NCBI RefSeq assembly: GCF_006345805.1
Contig: NC_043002.1
Span: 3,286,001-3,350,000, forward strand
DNA: 64,000 nt
Reading direction: 5' to 3'
DNA from: Octopus sinensis
Lineage: Eukaryota
Shown piece after piece: positions 1-10,470 of the stretch. The translations under genes and the position numbers were made by a program. Position 1 is the stretch's first letter; each line of letters starts with the position of its first letter. A model generated the notes under the pieces. The model was not told the DNA's origin. It saw only the letters and a program-made list of their open reading frames with translations, and ran no database searches.

Positions 1-90
1 CAGTAGTAAACAGCTTTTATGGTAGTGTATGTTGCAAAGTGCCACAGATTGGACAAATGATAGCAAATAAAATAAAAGGACAAACCTCAC

Positions 91-144
91 TCTTTGGGTG
101 GAGATTCTGACTGTGGACCAGCAACAACATAAGTTTTCTTTCCC
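91..144 (-). CDS. 54-nt internal exon of an unidentified minus-strand gene (phase 2/2 reading xGKKTYVVAGPQSESPPKx)
   Basis: Minus strand reads ttgacatttttaacTAG|GGGAAAG...CCCAAAGA|GTGAGG. Symmetric 54 nt, no stop in any frame, frame-compatible with exon 8303-8143. Confidence 0.55.
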
Positions 145-689
145 CTAGTTAAAAATGTCAACCACAGCAACCAACAAAATTCTCACTGAAAATTCTCACC
201 TTCCTATAAGATTCATAAATAAGGGCTACTACCATAAATGTAGGCATAATATAAGGTAAGTCAGGTGAGATCAAATAAATGTAGCAGAGATGAGTGGGAG
301 TGTGCTGTGTGCAAGAAGTAGGGTGGAAAGGATCCTTGGTCAAACTCCTCATAACCAAAGAGTAGCAATGCAAATTCTTCTGGGAGAGTAAAAGTGATGG
401 GGAAGGTGGTGTAGGTTTTCTGTTAAACATAGAAATGGATAATTGGGGTAGTTAGGGTATGTGAAAGAATAACTAAACTAAGACTAGTGAGAGACAACAC
501 AGCAGTAATATTTATTTCTACATATGATTTACAGTCAGAACTGGCAAGTGAGCAGAAGGACTACCTCAAGGGTGATCAGCAGTGATTTAATTTGCATGCC
601 TGTTGATGTTAATGGCCATGTTGGTCTACACAAATGATAGCTCCCATGATGTCTATGAAGACTATAGCTATGGCACAACAAATGAGGAA

Positions 690-1524
690 GATGAAAGGTT
701 CTGTGAGCTCTGTGATGCAACCAACCAACCAACCAACTTGCACTGAGGATAGCAGTGTGAAAAAGTGTCACACCCTAGCGGTTGAGGGAAACTGTGGAAG
801 AGGTAGATCCAGGAAGGCCTGGGATGAAGTGGTGAAGCACGATCTTCAAACATTAGGCCTCACCGAGGCAATGACTAGTGACCGAGACCTTTGGAAATAT
901 GCTGTGCTAGAGAAGACCCAGCAAGCCAAGTGAGACCATAACCTGTGGCCTATGCCAGGAGCGTAACCAGCCCACTTATGCATACCTTTCTTTCATTGGA
1001 CACTAAACTCTGCTTGCGAAGACCTGTTGAGGCAAGTGAAATCGAAATCACATTCGTTGACTGGCATCTGTGCTAGTGGAGTGCTAAGAGCACAGCACCA
1101 TCTGAGCGCGATCGTTGCCAGGGCCGCTGACTGGTACATGTGCTGGTGGCACGTAAAAAGTACCATTCGACTGTGATCATTACCAGCATCGCCTTACTGG
1201 CACTTGTGCCAGTGGTACGTGAAAAACAACATTCAAGTAAGGGCGTTGCCAGTGCCACTGGACTGGCTCTTGTGCAAGTGACACATAGAAACACCATTTG
1301 AGTGTGGCCGTGCCAGTACCACCTGACTGGCCCTCATCCCGGTGGCATGTAAAAGCATCCACTACACTCTCGGAGTGGTTGGCATTAGAAAGGGCATCCA
1401 GCAGTAGAAACTCTGCCAGATCAGATAGGAGCCTGGTGCAGCCATCTGGTTCACCAGTCCCCAGTCAAACCGTCCAACCCATGCCAGCATGGAAAGTGGA
1501 TGTTAAATGATGATGATGATGATG
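690..1524 (+). mobile_element. RTE-clade LINE 3' end (ORF C-terminus, 3' UTR and (GAT)n tail)
   Basis: ORF 634-933 ends EGNCGRGRSRKAWDEVVKHDLQTLGLTEAMTSDRDLWKYAV, an RTE C-terminal GRGRPRKTW..DR..W-type motif. It is followed by a UTR with gtggcacgtaaaagcacc-type subrepeats and a tgatgatgat tail. Parent of family C. Confidence 0.85.
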
Positions 1525-1875
1525 TTTTACATAATTATCCTATACTTATTGTCTCTGTCGAAAGATGATTTATGTTCATTTCATTTTGTTTCACAAGTTT
1601 CCCACCTTTATTTATTGTTAAATAATAAAACTTCATATATTTGTATTTCTCAGTTCATTTCATTTTGTATGTGCCTTTCTTGCTTTTTTTTACTGCTTGT
1701 CTTAAAATTATTGTTTTTATTAAACAACTCCCTTATACTGTCTATTTGATTTGCTTTGTATTTTTCCCTCTACAAAACCTGTAGACTCATCGTTTTTCCT
1801 GTCTTTGTCTGATGAACTTGTGTACTCATGTGTACTTCTGCAACTCAAATATGGTTTGAGCTGAAATAGGAGCCA

Positions 1876-2110
1876 GGGTGGCAAGCTGGCAGAATCGTTA
1901 GCATGCCAAGCGAAATGCTTAGCGGTATTTCATCTGCCGTTACGTTCTGAGTTCAAATTCTGCTGAGGTCGACTTTGCCTTTCGTCCTTTTGAGGTCAAT
2001 TAAATAAGTACCAGTTACGCACTGAGGTCAATGTAATCGAATTAATCTCTTTGTCTGTCCTTGTTTGTCCCCTCTATGTTTAGCCCACTGTGGGCAATAA
2101 AGAAATAAAT
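1876..2110 (+). mobile_element. Family B SINE (tRNA-like head, Nin-like body), full length
   Basis: ctggcagaatcgttagc (A box), gagttcaaattc (B box), gtcgactttgcctttc body, gggcaataaagaaat tail; many copies in the window. Confidence 0.85.
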
Positions 2111-2261
2111 ATTGTTCTAAGAGCTGAAATTGTGATGGTTTCCAGTTGACAGCCAATGAAAGGACCATATTTCTGGGCATTCATTTCTGCCGATTTTTTG
2201 TTGTTGTCCATCTCTGTCACTTTTACCAATATCAGTTTGTTTTTCAACCCAATATACTTTG

Positions 2262-2408
2262 TGAAGTGGTTGGCATTAGGAAGGGCATCCAGCCACAGAA
2301 ACCATGTCCAAGCAGACATTGAAGCTTGGCATGGTCTTCTGGCTCACCAGCTCTGTTGACAGTCCAGCCTATGCCAGCATGGAAAATGGATGGCTGATGA
2401 TGTGATGA
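2262..2408 (+). mobile_element. Family C (5'-truncated RTE 3' end)
   Basis: agtggttggcattaggaagggcatccag...gccagcatggaaa, then (gat)n; matches 1370-1524. Confidence 0.75.
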
Positions 2409-2541
2409 TGTATGCATTCACACACACACACGTTTGTATGTATGATTGTGAGTGTGAGTGTGTGTGTGTGCTTAGCATGATGCTGTATGATGAAATGTAT
2501 TTGTAGAGAACTATAAATTAAATCAATGATAAACAAGATTG

Positions 2542-3095
2542 TATGAGGCTGAGTCAAGGAGTAACGCCATTTTGTTTAGGACAGGTATAATTACCAACAC
2601 AGGAACATGTATCATACATCAAAATGAAGCTGGCTCCTCTGTGGATCACATTCCTGCTTCTCAACCTAGTCACCGTTTCTCTCAATAGCAATGTTCCACC
2701 TTCAAATGAGAGCATGTATCCCTGCCCCGTAAAATTCTGTTGACTGTTCGTTGAGCCACTTCTTCACTACAGTTTTCACTTCCTCGTCACTGGAATAATG
2801 TTTGCCTCTCAAACCCTCTTTCATGGGGCCGAAGAGATGATAGTCCAGTGACGAGGAAGTGAAAACTGTAGTGAAGAAGTGGCTCAGAGAACAGTCAACA
2901 GAATTGTACGGGGCAGGGATACATGCTCTCATTCGAAGGTGGAACATTGCTATTGAGAGAAACGGTGACTATGTTGAGAAGTGGGGATGCAACCCACAGA
3001 GGACCAGCTTCATTTTGATGTATGATACATGTTCCTGTGTTGGTAATCATACCTGTCCTAAACAAAATGGCATTACTTTTTGACTCACCCTTGTG
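2542..3095. mobile_element. Mariner-derived fold-back element: two transposase 3' ends in inverted orientation
   Basis: Minus ORF DYHLFGPMKEGLRGKHYSSDEEVKTVVKKWL and plus ORF ...AGIHALIRRWNIAIERNGDYVEK are mariner C-termini. Both ends resemble TA-CGAGGGTGAGTCAAA. Arms about 245 bp. Confidence 0.9.
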
Positions 3096-3274
3096 AGATA
3101 ACCTATAACAACTGTTATATTTTTGTTCTTTTCAATCAATGTAGCTATGACAACCAAAGCCAACCATTCTAAATAGTACAAAGGATACGAGGCTTTGGTT
3201 TTGAAATCAAGAAGATTAGATTTAGAAAAAAAAAACTGAATGTTATAAATGCAGTCAAACAATAATTCTTTCTA

Positions 3275-3480
3275 TTATAGGCACAGGGTCTGAAACTTTG
3301 GAAGAAGGGCTTGTGAATTACATCAACCGCAGTGCTTAACTGATACTTATTTTTTTGACCCCAAAAGGGATAAAAGACAAAGTCGACCTTGGTGTCACTT
3401 GAACTCAGAATCTAGATTTGGAAGAAATGTCATAAAGCATTTTGCCTGGCATGCTAACAATTCTACCAGCTCACTGCCTT
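3275..3480 (-). mobile_element. Family B SINE, alternative-tail variant
   Basis: Reverse complement of the head (gagctggtagaattgttagcatgcc) and of the gtcgactttgtc body. Confidence 0.75.
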
Positions 3481-3529
3481 ACTACTAATACCACTACTAG
3501 TATTATATAGTAATAGTAATAACAATAAT

Positions 3530-4375
3530 AATAATAATAACAACAATGACAACAACAATAATGATAAATTAACTCTTTTATTAGCCACAAGGGCTCAAAT
3601 ACAATAACATTAAATGACATAGCAATAATACATTTCTAAATCTCTGAGAGAGATCTATACAGTAGCAGCATGATAAAGTGAGGGCATGTTGCCAACTTAA
3701 TGTGGCAGTCCCATGAAAGGGAAGGATGCTACTGTTATTTAGCCCTAGGAAACACCGTTTCCAGTTGGCCATGACACATTTTCTGTGTGCTTATCTCCCC
3801 TTTGAAAACATAAGGACACAGAAAATGTGTTATGGCCAACTGGAAACAGTGTTTCCTAGGGCTAAATAGCAGTAGCATCCTTCCCTTTCATGGGACTGCC
3901 ACATTAAGTTGGCAACTTACCATTAAATGATACGACACAGACATAAAAGATAGCACATAACAAGACAAAGGGTTTCACAGTGTGTAAAATATAACAATGA
4001 CAAATTAAAACTCCCAATAGGGGAGGCGCTTTAAGGTCCTTGTGCAAAAACCCACAAAAGCCACGTGTGCCTGATGAACTGGGCAAGAGCCCTTCTTTTA
4101 TTTCTCGCAGGTGCACACTCAGAATTGGTCCTTTCACACTGGCCATTCTTCCAATATCCCCCACCTTTTCAACAAACTTGCTACAAGGCAACACTTCCCT
4201 CTTCACCCTCAACTTGCTTTTCAAGTGAAACTTGAAAAAGTTGATGAGGGCTTGGTCAAACTGGAAAGTGTCTGTCTTTAGCCCTTTCAAACGAGTCCAC
4301 CATACTTCCTCTTTCACTACAAATAAAAATTGCCTGCCCCTCTCGGCCAAAAAGAGGGTGGTGGGGCAATCTTCA
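3530..4375 (-). mobile_element. Tx1/L1-like LINE 3' fragment interrupted by a MITE
   Basis: Minus ORF VKEEVWWTRLKGLKTDTF...LINFFKFHLKSKLRVKREVL resembles Tx1-like ORF2 C-termini as I recall them. 3' end gagcccttgtggctaataaaaga followed by a (TTG/TTA)n tail. Confidence 0.65.
3688..3916. mobile_element. Palindromic MITE (GTTGCCAAC...GTTGGCAAC)
   Basis: Near-perfect ~105-bp arms; homologous to the palindrome at 62757-63030. Confidence 0.85.
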
Positions 4376-4379
4376 CAAT

Positions 4380-4757
4380 GGATTCTTTTATTGGCCACAA
4401 GGGCTCAAGACATGGAGGACAATATCGAAGGATGATTTACAGCACAAAAAAAAAATTACAAAATCATGTGGGGTTAACATCCATCAAGAGGAGATACTAC
4501 CACATAAAAGGATATAACAGAGAATATGTAATAGAAAGTAGAGAAATAAATAGAATCCCCAATAGTGGGGCAGTCCACTTAGGGTAATCTGGGGTAATCT
4601 CCGAGGCATGGGAAAGTGCTCTCTTCCATTTCCTTTCCTCCTGCTTAGAAAAGCGTATTCAAAGTAGATCCATTCGGTCTCTCCACTGTTGACCACCTTT
4701 TGATAAACACACTGGAGGGCAATACATCCCTCTCTACCCTCACCTTATTCTTCAAAT
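4380..4757 (-). mobile_element. Second, diverged Tx1/L1-like LINE 3' end
   Basis: Minus frame HLKNKVRVERDVLPSSVFIKRWSTVERPNGSTLNTLF*, paralogous to HLKSKLRVKREVLPCSKFVEK in the neighbour; ends gagcccttgtggccaataaaaga. Confidence 0.65.
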
Positions 4758-4797
4758 GATAGGGCATCCAGCCACAGAAACCACGTCCAAGCAGACG

Positions 4798-6172
4798 ATG
4801 ATGCAGTACCAGGCAGTGGCTCTCATGGCTTCCGATCTTAACTGATTGGAAGTGTTATCATGTACATTGTTTTTCCTTGCTATAAAAGATGGGCTACAGC
4901 AAATATTCTGCTCAATACCACAGATTTGCTTGTCAGTTGTTTGACCTTAACCAGTTGAGCATGTCCCTTAGTGGCTGATGATATGTGCATCTCTGATCAC
5001 GAGCAGAAGTAGTGGGGGAGCATCATAGCCATGTGTTGAGAGGGATTCTTTGGGGTTTGAATAATTCCCTATGGAAACATGGATGTTTTGTTCATCACCC
5101 TTAACCTTTTGTGACCCAGTGAGGTCCTTTGGGACCCTAGCAAATTTTAAAAGTTATGCAATTTTTTATTTAAATAATTTTATATCTCTTGCCTTTTATT
5201 GTCAATAGTTTATGTATGCCCATACAAATTTTGAGTTAATAATTTCTAGTCAAATGGATGCTATAGCATAAAATACGGTCATTGGGGGTCCAACTGGACT
5301 CCCATTGGCCTTCTGTGAAATTATTTTTTTCTGTTCTTTTTCCAGATATTCTGATGAACTTTAAATCAATTTTCTTTGTATTTGTTCTGGAATGAATCGA
5401 TACACTTTTATTCCTTTTATTTTATTTTATATTTAGTGCTATACGTATCTGATAAGTCATAAAACTATAAAAACAGTTGATTTTTTCAATAAAGGCATTT
5501 TTCAGTCAATAAATGATATTTTAATTCCCTTCCATTAAACGCTAATAATTTATAGATAGTGGGGAAATGTGCAAAAATAAAATAGCCTTTTATGTAATTC
5601 CAACCCCATTGATCCACAAAGGGTTAAACAACCCTCATTCAGGGACCTATTGAACAGGAGGGGCTACTCAACCAGAAGAAAATTCTAACTGAGCCCCACC
5701 TGCAAGGTCATGCACTGTTAATCTTGATATGAGATCACCATGTCACACACTTGTGATTGTGATGCATGTGCTTGGTGTACCTTTATCAGATGGGTAGTCA
5801 TAATGGGTATATTGGGCTTTGTATATTTGTACCCCAGTGTCACTTTGATGACACGCACTGCTTTCTCATTCAATAATAATAATAATAATAATAAATGTCC
5901 TGATGCAGTACCAGGCAGTGGCTCTCGTGGCTTCTGATCTTAACTGATTGGAAGTGTTATGTACATTGTTTTGTCTAACTGGGTCCCACCTGCAAGGTCA
6001 TGCACTGTTTATCTTGATATGAGATCACCATGTCGCGCACATATGGTTGTGATGTATGTACCTAGTGTACCCTTATCAGATGGGTATATTGGGCTTTGTA
6101 TATTTGTACCCCAGTGTCACTTTGATGGCATGCACTGCTCTCTCACTCAATAATGATAATAATAATAATAAT
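4798..6172 (+). mobile_element. Two tandem copies of an unclassified (AAT)n-tailed retroposon; second copy internally deleted
   Basis: Both begin tgatgcagtaccaggcagtggctctc and end ctcaataat(aat)n; segment 5696-5890 is repeated at about 5985-6172. Confidence 0.7.
5101..5627. mobile_element. piggyBac-type non-autonomous element with TTAA TSD, nested in the (AAT)n-tailed retroposon
   Basis: TTAA-ccttttgtg...cacaaaggg-TTAA; the host sequence resumes cleanly on both sides. Confidence 0.8.
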
Positions 6173-6785
6173 AGTTTCAAATCCTGGCACAAGGGAAAGG
6201 GGGAGTTACATGGGCCCCTAGTGTTCTGCTGGTACTTAATTTATTAGCGCCATTTGATGGGATGGAAGGCAAAGTCAACTTTGATGGAATTGGAATTCAG
6301 AGGACGAAACAGCATTAAAGCGTTTTGGCCAAGGATTCTGCTAGAAGTAACCCCCCCCCATTCCCCTTCTCCTCAAAATTGCTGACTTTATGACTGAATT
6401 AGAAGCACATTTTTTTTATTTTGACTTAACCAGGGGAAGAGGGGGAGTCGGAGGAAGGAGAGAGAGTGTGAGGCGGAGGTAGTTTCAAGGGGAGGATACT
6501 GAGAGGAGCAAAAGATGATCAACAGAGGAGCAGTGGTAGGGGGATGGTAATGAGATAAGACATAACCGTTAGGATGTGGGGGGTGAGGTGTTAAAGACTA
6601 AGTAGCTGTTTACACAGACACTCCTCTGTCCTTGACACACACGCTTTATCTTCAACATCTCTCTCTCTCTATTACAGGCTTGGTTATCTGACAATCACTG
6701 GATGATTAAACCAGTTTTTGATGCATGCAAGCATGGAAAAGAAGAGCTCTATACGATGATGATGATGGTATTCTCATTCACTTTA

Positions 6786-7100
6786 AGGCGACGTGTTGGC
6801 AGAGATGTTAGCACGCCGGGCGAAATGCTTAGCTCTATTTCGTCTGCCACTACGCTCTGAGTTCAAATTCCGCCGAGGTCGACTTTGCCATTCATCCATT
6901 CGGGGTCGATTAAATAAGTACCAGTTACACACTGGTGACAGATGAAATACCGCCAGGCATTCCGCGGCGCAGCATGCTAACGATTCTGCCAGCTCGCTGC
7001 CTTTGTATAATCTTTTCTACTCTAAGCACAAGGCCCGAAATTCTTGGGGAGGGGGCCAGTCGATTAGACCAACCCCAGTATGCAACTGGTACTTAATTTA
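6786..7100. mobile_element. Cluster of family B SINE pieces (plus copy, inverted head, inverted tail)
   Basis: Plus 6786-6935 head and body; minus head 6936-7003; minus alternative tail 7004-7100. Confidence 0.75.
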
Positions 7101-7304
7101 TAGATATGCTCTATAATGCCTAGTTAACATTTTCCCCGTGTGGGTAGCTCTTCTGGTGATTTCTAAGCTTTGCCTTACTTAGTCAGACACACTCACCCTC
7201 ATTGCACTTGGAATTGGGCAACATGCCAACATTCTTGTCACACCCCTTACAAACATCTCTCTTGGGCTCTTCATACATATAAGATGCAGGCATGGCTGTG
7301 TCAT

Positions 7305-7505
7305 CATCATTTAACGTCTGTTGTCCATGCTGGCATGGGTTGGACAGTATGACTGGGCTGGCATGATGGAAGGTTGTGCCAGGCTCCAGTCTGATTTGGC
7401 ATGGTTTTCTACAGCTGGATGCCCTTCTTAACACCAACCACTCTGTAATGGGTGCTTTTATGTGTCACCAGCATGGGTGCCATTTGTGTGACACCAGTAT
7501 CTGCC
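7305..7505 (-). mobile_element. Family C (RTE 3' end)
   Basis: catcatcatttaacgtctg...ccatgctggcatgggttggac...ctggatgcccttc. Confidence 0.8.
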
Positions 7506-7798
7506 ATGTGATTGATACACATTTATATAAAACACAGGATACCTGAAACATGTTTAATTATGATAACTACAGTTATGTAAAAGCCTTAGCTGTGGAGATT
7601 ACAGATGATGTGAAAACATGTTTGTTCTTTTAATGGCAAATAGGGAATTTTAGAGAAATGTTTTGGGATAATTGTCCTTCTTCAAGAGATGTACCACTGT
7701 TCCTTGGCCACAAAGGGAACTATGAATCTAAATTGCTATATTTAGTTGTAGATGTGAAAATGTAACATTAGCAGTCATTGTGATTTGCATATTATACA

Positions 7799-8016
7799 TT
7801 AACCCTTTTGATACCGTCTGAAATTGCTCCTGTAGTACAAATGTCTTGTTTTCAAAAGTTCCAAATTAAAATCTTCCACCAAACCTTAGTCACAGTTTAT
7901 GTTCCTAACACTAGCTTAATTATAACCAAGTTATTTCACTAAATTCTTTGTTATATTTTAAATTAATTGAAAGAAACACAGAACATCTCACAGAAATATG
8001 GTAACAAAACGGTTAA
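7799..8016. mobile_element. piggyBac-type MITE (~215 bp)
   Basis: TTAA-cccttttgatac...gtaacaaaacgg-TTAA; same family as 22404, 28921 and 35629. Confidence 0.8.
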
Positions 8017-8142
8017 TCAGCCACGTAGTGATTAGCTAACATCTCACTTCCAAATTGGTTTGCTAATGAGCTGGTTTTTTTTTAGTTGTCTCTGTTGCTA
8101 CGGACTTGTTTCTGCCCTGCGTCCAAACCCACACATACTTAC

Positions 8143-8303
8143 CTCCAAAATACTGCACTAAACATTTTATACAATAGTTCCTTCTCAAATCCATTCCCAG
8201 CCAACCTATACTCTCCTGTTTCTACTATTAATCCTCAAATGTTCACAACGAAGATCATCCCATTAATCTGGGAAGATCTGCAAGCTTCTCTCTCTCTCTC
8301 TGG
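8143..8303 (-). CDS. 161-nt exon of the minus-strand gene: 5' UTR plus probable start (ATG at 8165, MFSAVFW + AG)
   Basis: Long pyrimidine tract gtcttttgcttttatcaacAG| and a strong donor GAG|GTAAGTATG. All three frames are closed upstream, so it is partly UTR. An alternative start, MDLRRNYCIKCLVQYFG, is possible. Confidence 0.6.
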
Positions 8304-8519
8304 CTGTTGATAAAAGCAAAAGACACGGCACAAAACACAGAGTCAAATGTTGCCAGACACTAAAACATACGTTTGGTGGTTTACTCATCATAAATCAGAT
8401 TTGAGATGAAAACAGGAGATCCACACCATGATGTGCTCACCATTCCAATGGTCTTTTATTATTTGACTGTTTTCAATCACTGAAATACGGCCACGACAGG
8501 AGTATTGTTGTCAAGGGCT

Positions 8520-8772
8520 TTCAGTCAATCACTTCACTCCAAGAATTCATTTGCTTTTGGTTTCCTGAAAGGTTAAGTTATTGTTTATGACAACAGGACA
8601 CCAGACCAACACACACACACACACATATATATACACACTGGCTCATGCGCAGTTTCACTTTTGAGGCATCATTGATCAGCCCATGGCTAGAACAGAAGAC
8701 ACTTGTCAAGGAGCTGTGTAACAGGACTGAACCTGGAACTCTGTGGTTGCTTGCGAACTTCTTAACCACCTC
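8520..8772 (-). mobile_element. Family A SINE fragment
   Basis: Reverse complement gctgtgaggtggttaagaagttcgc...ggttcagtcc, with an internal (GT)n tract. Confidence 0.65.
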
Positions 8773-8779
8773 ACAGCCA

Positions 8780-9200
8780 TATTTATTTCTTTATTGTCCA
8801 CAGGGAGCTAAACATAGAGGGGACAAACGGATTAAGTCGATTATATCAACCCCAGTGCATAACTGGTACTTATTTAATCCATCCCAAAAGGATGAAGGGC
8901 AAAGTCGACCTTGGTGGAGTTTAAGCTCAGAACATAATTGCAGATGAAATACCACTAAGCATTTCGCTTAGCGTGCTAATGTTTCTTATTTTTTTACTGC
9001 CCACAAGGGGCTACACACAGAAAAACGGATTAAGTCAATTACATTGCCCCCAGTGCGTAACTGGTACTTATTTAATTGACCCTGAAAGGATGAAAGGCAA
9101 AGTCGACCTCGGCAGAATTTGAACTCACAATGTAACGGCAGACAAGATACGGCTAAGCATTTCGCCTGGCCTGCTACCGATTCTGCCATTTCGCTGCCCT
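8780..9200 (-). mobile_element. Two tandem family B SINEs
   Basis: Two head-to-tail copies (about 8780-8985 and 8986-9200), each with tail, body and head. Confidence 0.85.
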
Positions 9201-9702
9201 ACTTCACAGCCTGTTGTACCTGTTTCTTTGTTTCCCATTTCCTGTGATTTGCATCTAAATCGAGAAAGAGTCTCAGAGAAAAATGATTAAATTGCAACCA
9301 CATTTATATCAATATTTGGAAAAGTAGAGTTAAAGGGGCAAATGTTGATAAGTAGACAGATACACAGCATGTATGCATCTATCTGCACCTTCAGTCAACT
9401 TTATATTCAGTCGTGGTAGAATGTAAAATCATTTTTCTATGAATTAATTTTATTTTTTTGAGACAGAGGAAGTAATATTTTGGTTATGAATAATAACAGT
9501 ATTGGATCTTTTCCTTTTGAATGGCACATGTCAACACAATTTCTAGTTAACCAAACACTTTTAAACTTCGTATACTGGTAGAATGTGTTTATAAAACATC
9601 ATTTTTTCTTGGCTTTATTGAGAAAATTCTATAGGTTGTTAGTTAGTTAATTTTCTGGCTCAAAAAGCAAAAAGCAAGGCCATGTAGTTATGTACAGGGT
9701 GG

Positions 9703-10240
9703 TGTTCATGTAAAGAGTTCAGGCCACTTGAGGTCAAGGGAGACTTTGAACTGAGTGGTCGTTGGCATCTTCACTATCTCGCCTGGCATCTTATTCCACG
9801 GATCCGCAACCCGGACGGAGAAAGCCCCGCTCCTTCGATTGAGATGAAATCGTCGCAGATAGAGCTTTTCGGAATGACCCCGCAGCCTACGCTCTGGAGC
9901 AGGAGTGAAGAACAGCTCTTTCGAGAGGTTACACTTTCCGCCTTTTGTGAGCAAGAATGAGATCTCCACGCGTCGTCGTTTTTCTAGAGAATAAACAGAA
10001 TGTTTATGTTAAAATTAAGTTTACGAAGTGTTATTGCGTTTACAAAACTTTTGTTCAAGCACCATAGAATTCGGTAAGAGAAAGTGCTGTAGGCAGGACC
10101 GTCTTGGCAGCGTAGACAGATCAGAATTAGGTCCCTGGACAAACTGCTCAAGATTTGGCTGTAGGCACACTGGAAGAGTCTAAGAGACACTGGAAAAAAC
10201 AATAACACAGTACCTGGTCGTGAATGGTGCCTTTAAAACT
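9703..10240 (-). mobile_element. CR1-clade LINE 3' fragment
   Basis: Minus frames give SLEKRRRRGDLILAH and RLRGHSEKLYLRRFHLNRRSGAFSVRVADPWNKMPGEIV...FKVSLD, classic CR1 C-terminal motifs. Confidence 0.85.
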
Positions 10241-10470
10241 TGGTCTCACAGTAGAACTGTTAATCGATATACTGTAACCAATTATATAAACTACGTGGGC
10301 AGGGAGTGTAAAAGTTTTCCTGGAAAGTGAAATTCTTTAAGAAACTAGTAAATTCAGTTCCGTAATCAACGGCTTTGCCACCTTCCCACAAGGAATACGG
10401 GGCTAATGCAGATTCGCAACTCACTTTTTCTGGAAAAGCTTATTCGGATTCCTAGGGTTTACATGTCGGG

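Noticed and set aside
200-203. Possible 4-nt minus-strand microexon (tatAG|GAAG|GTGAGA)
   Set aside because: The downstream intron to 145 would be only 55 nt, and 4 nt shifts the frame.
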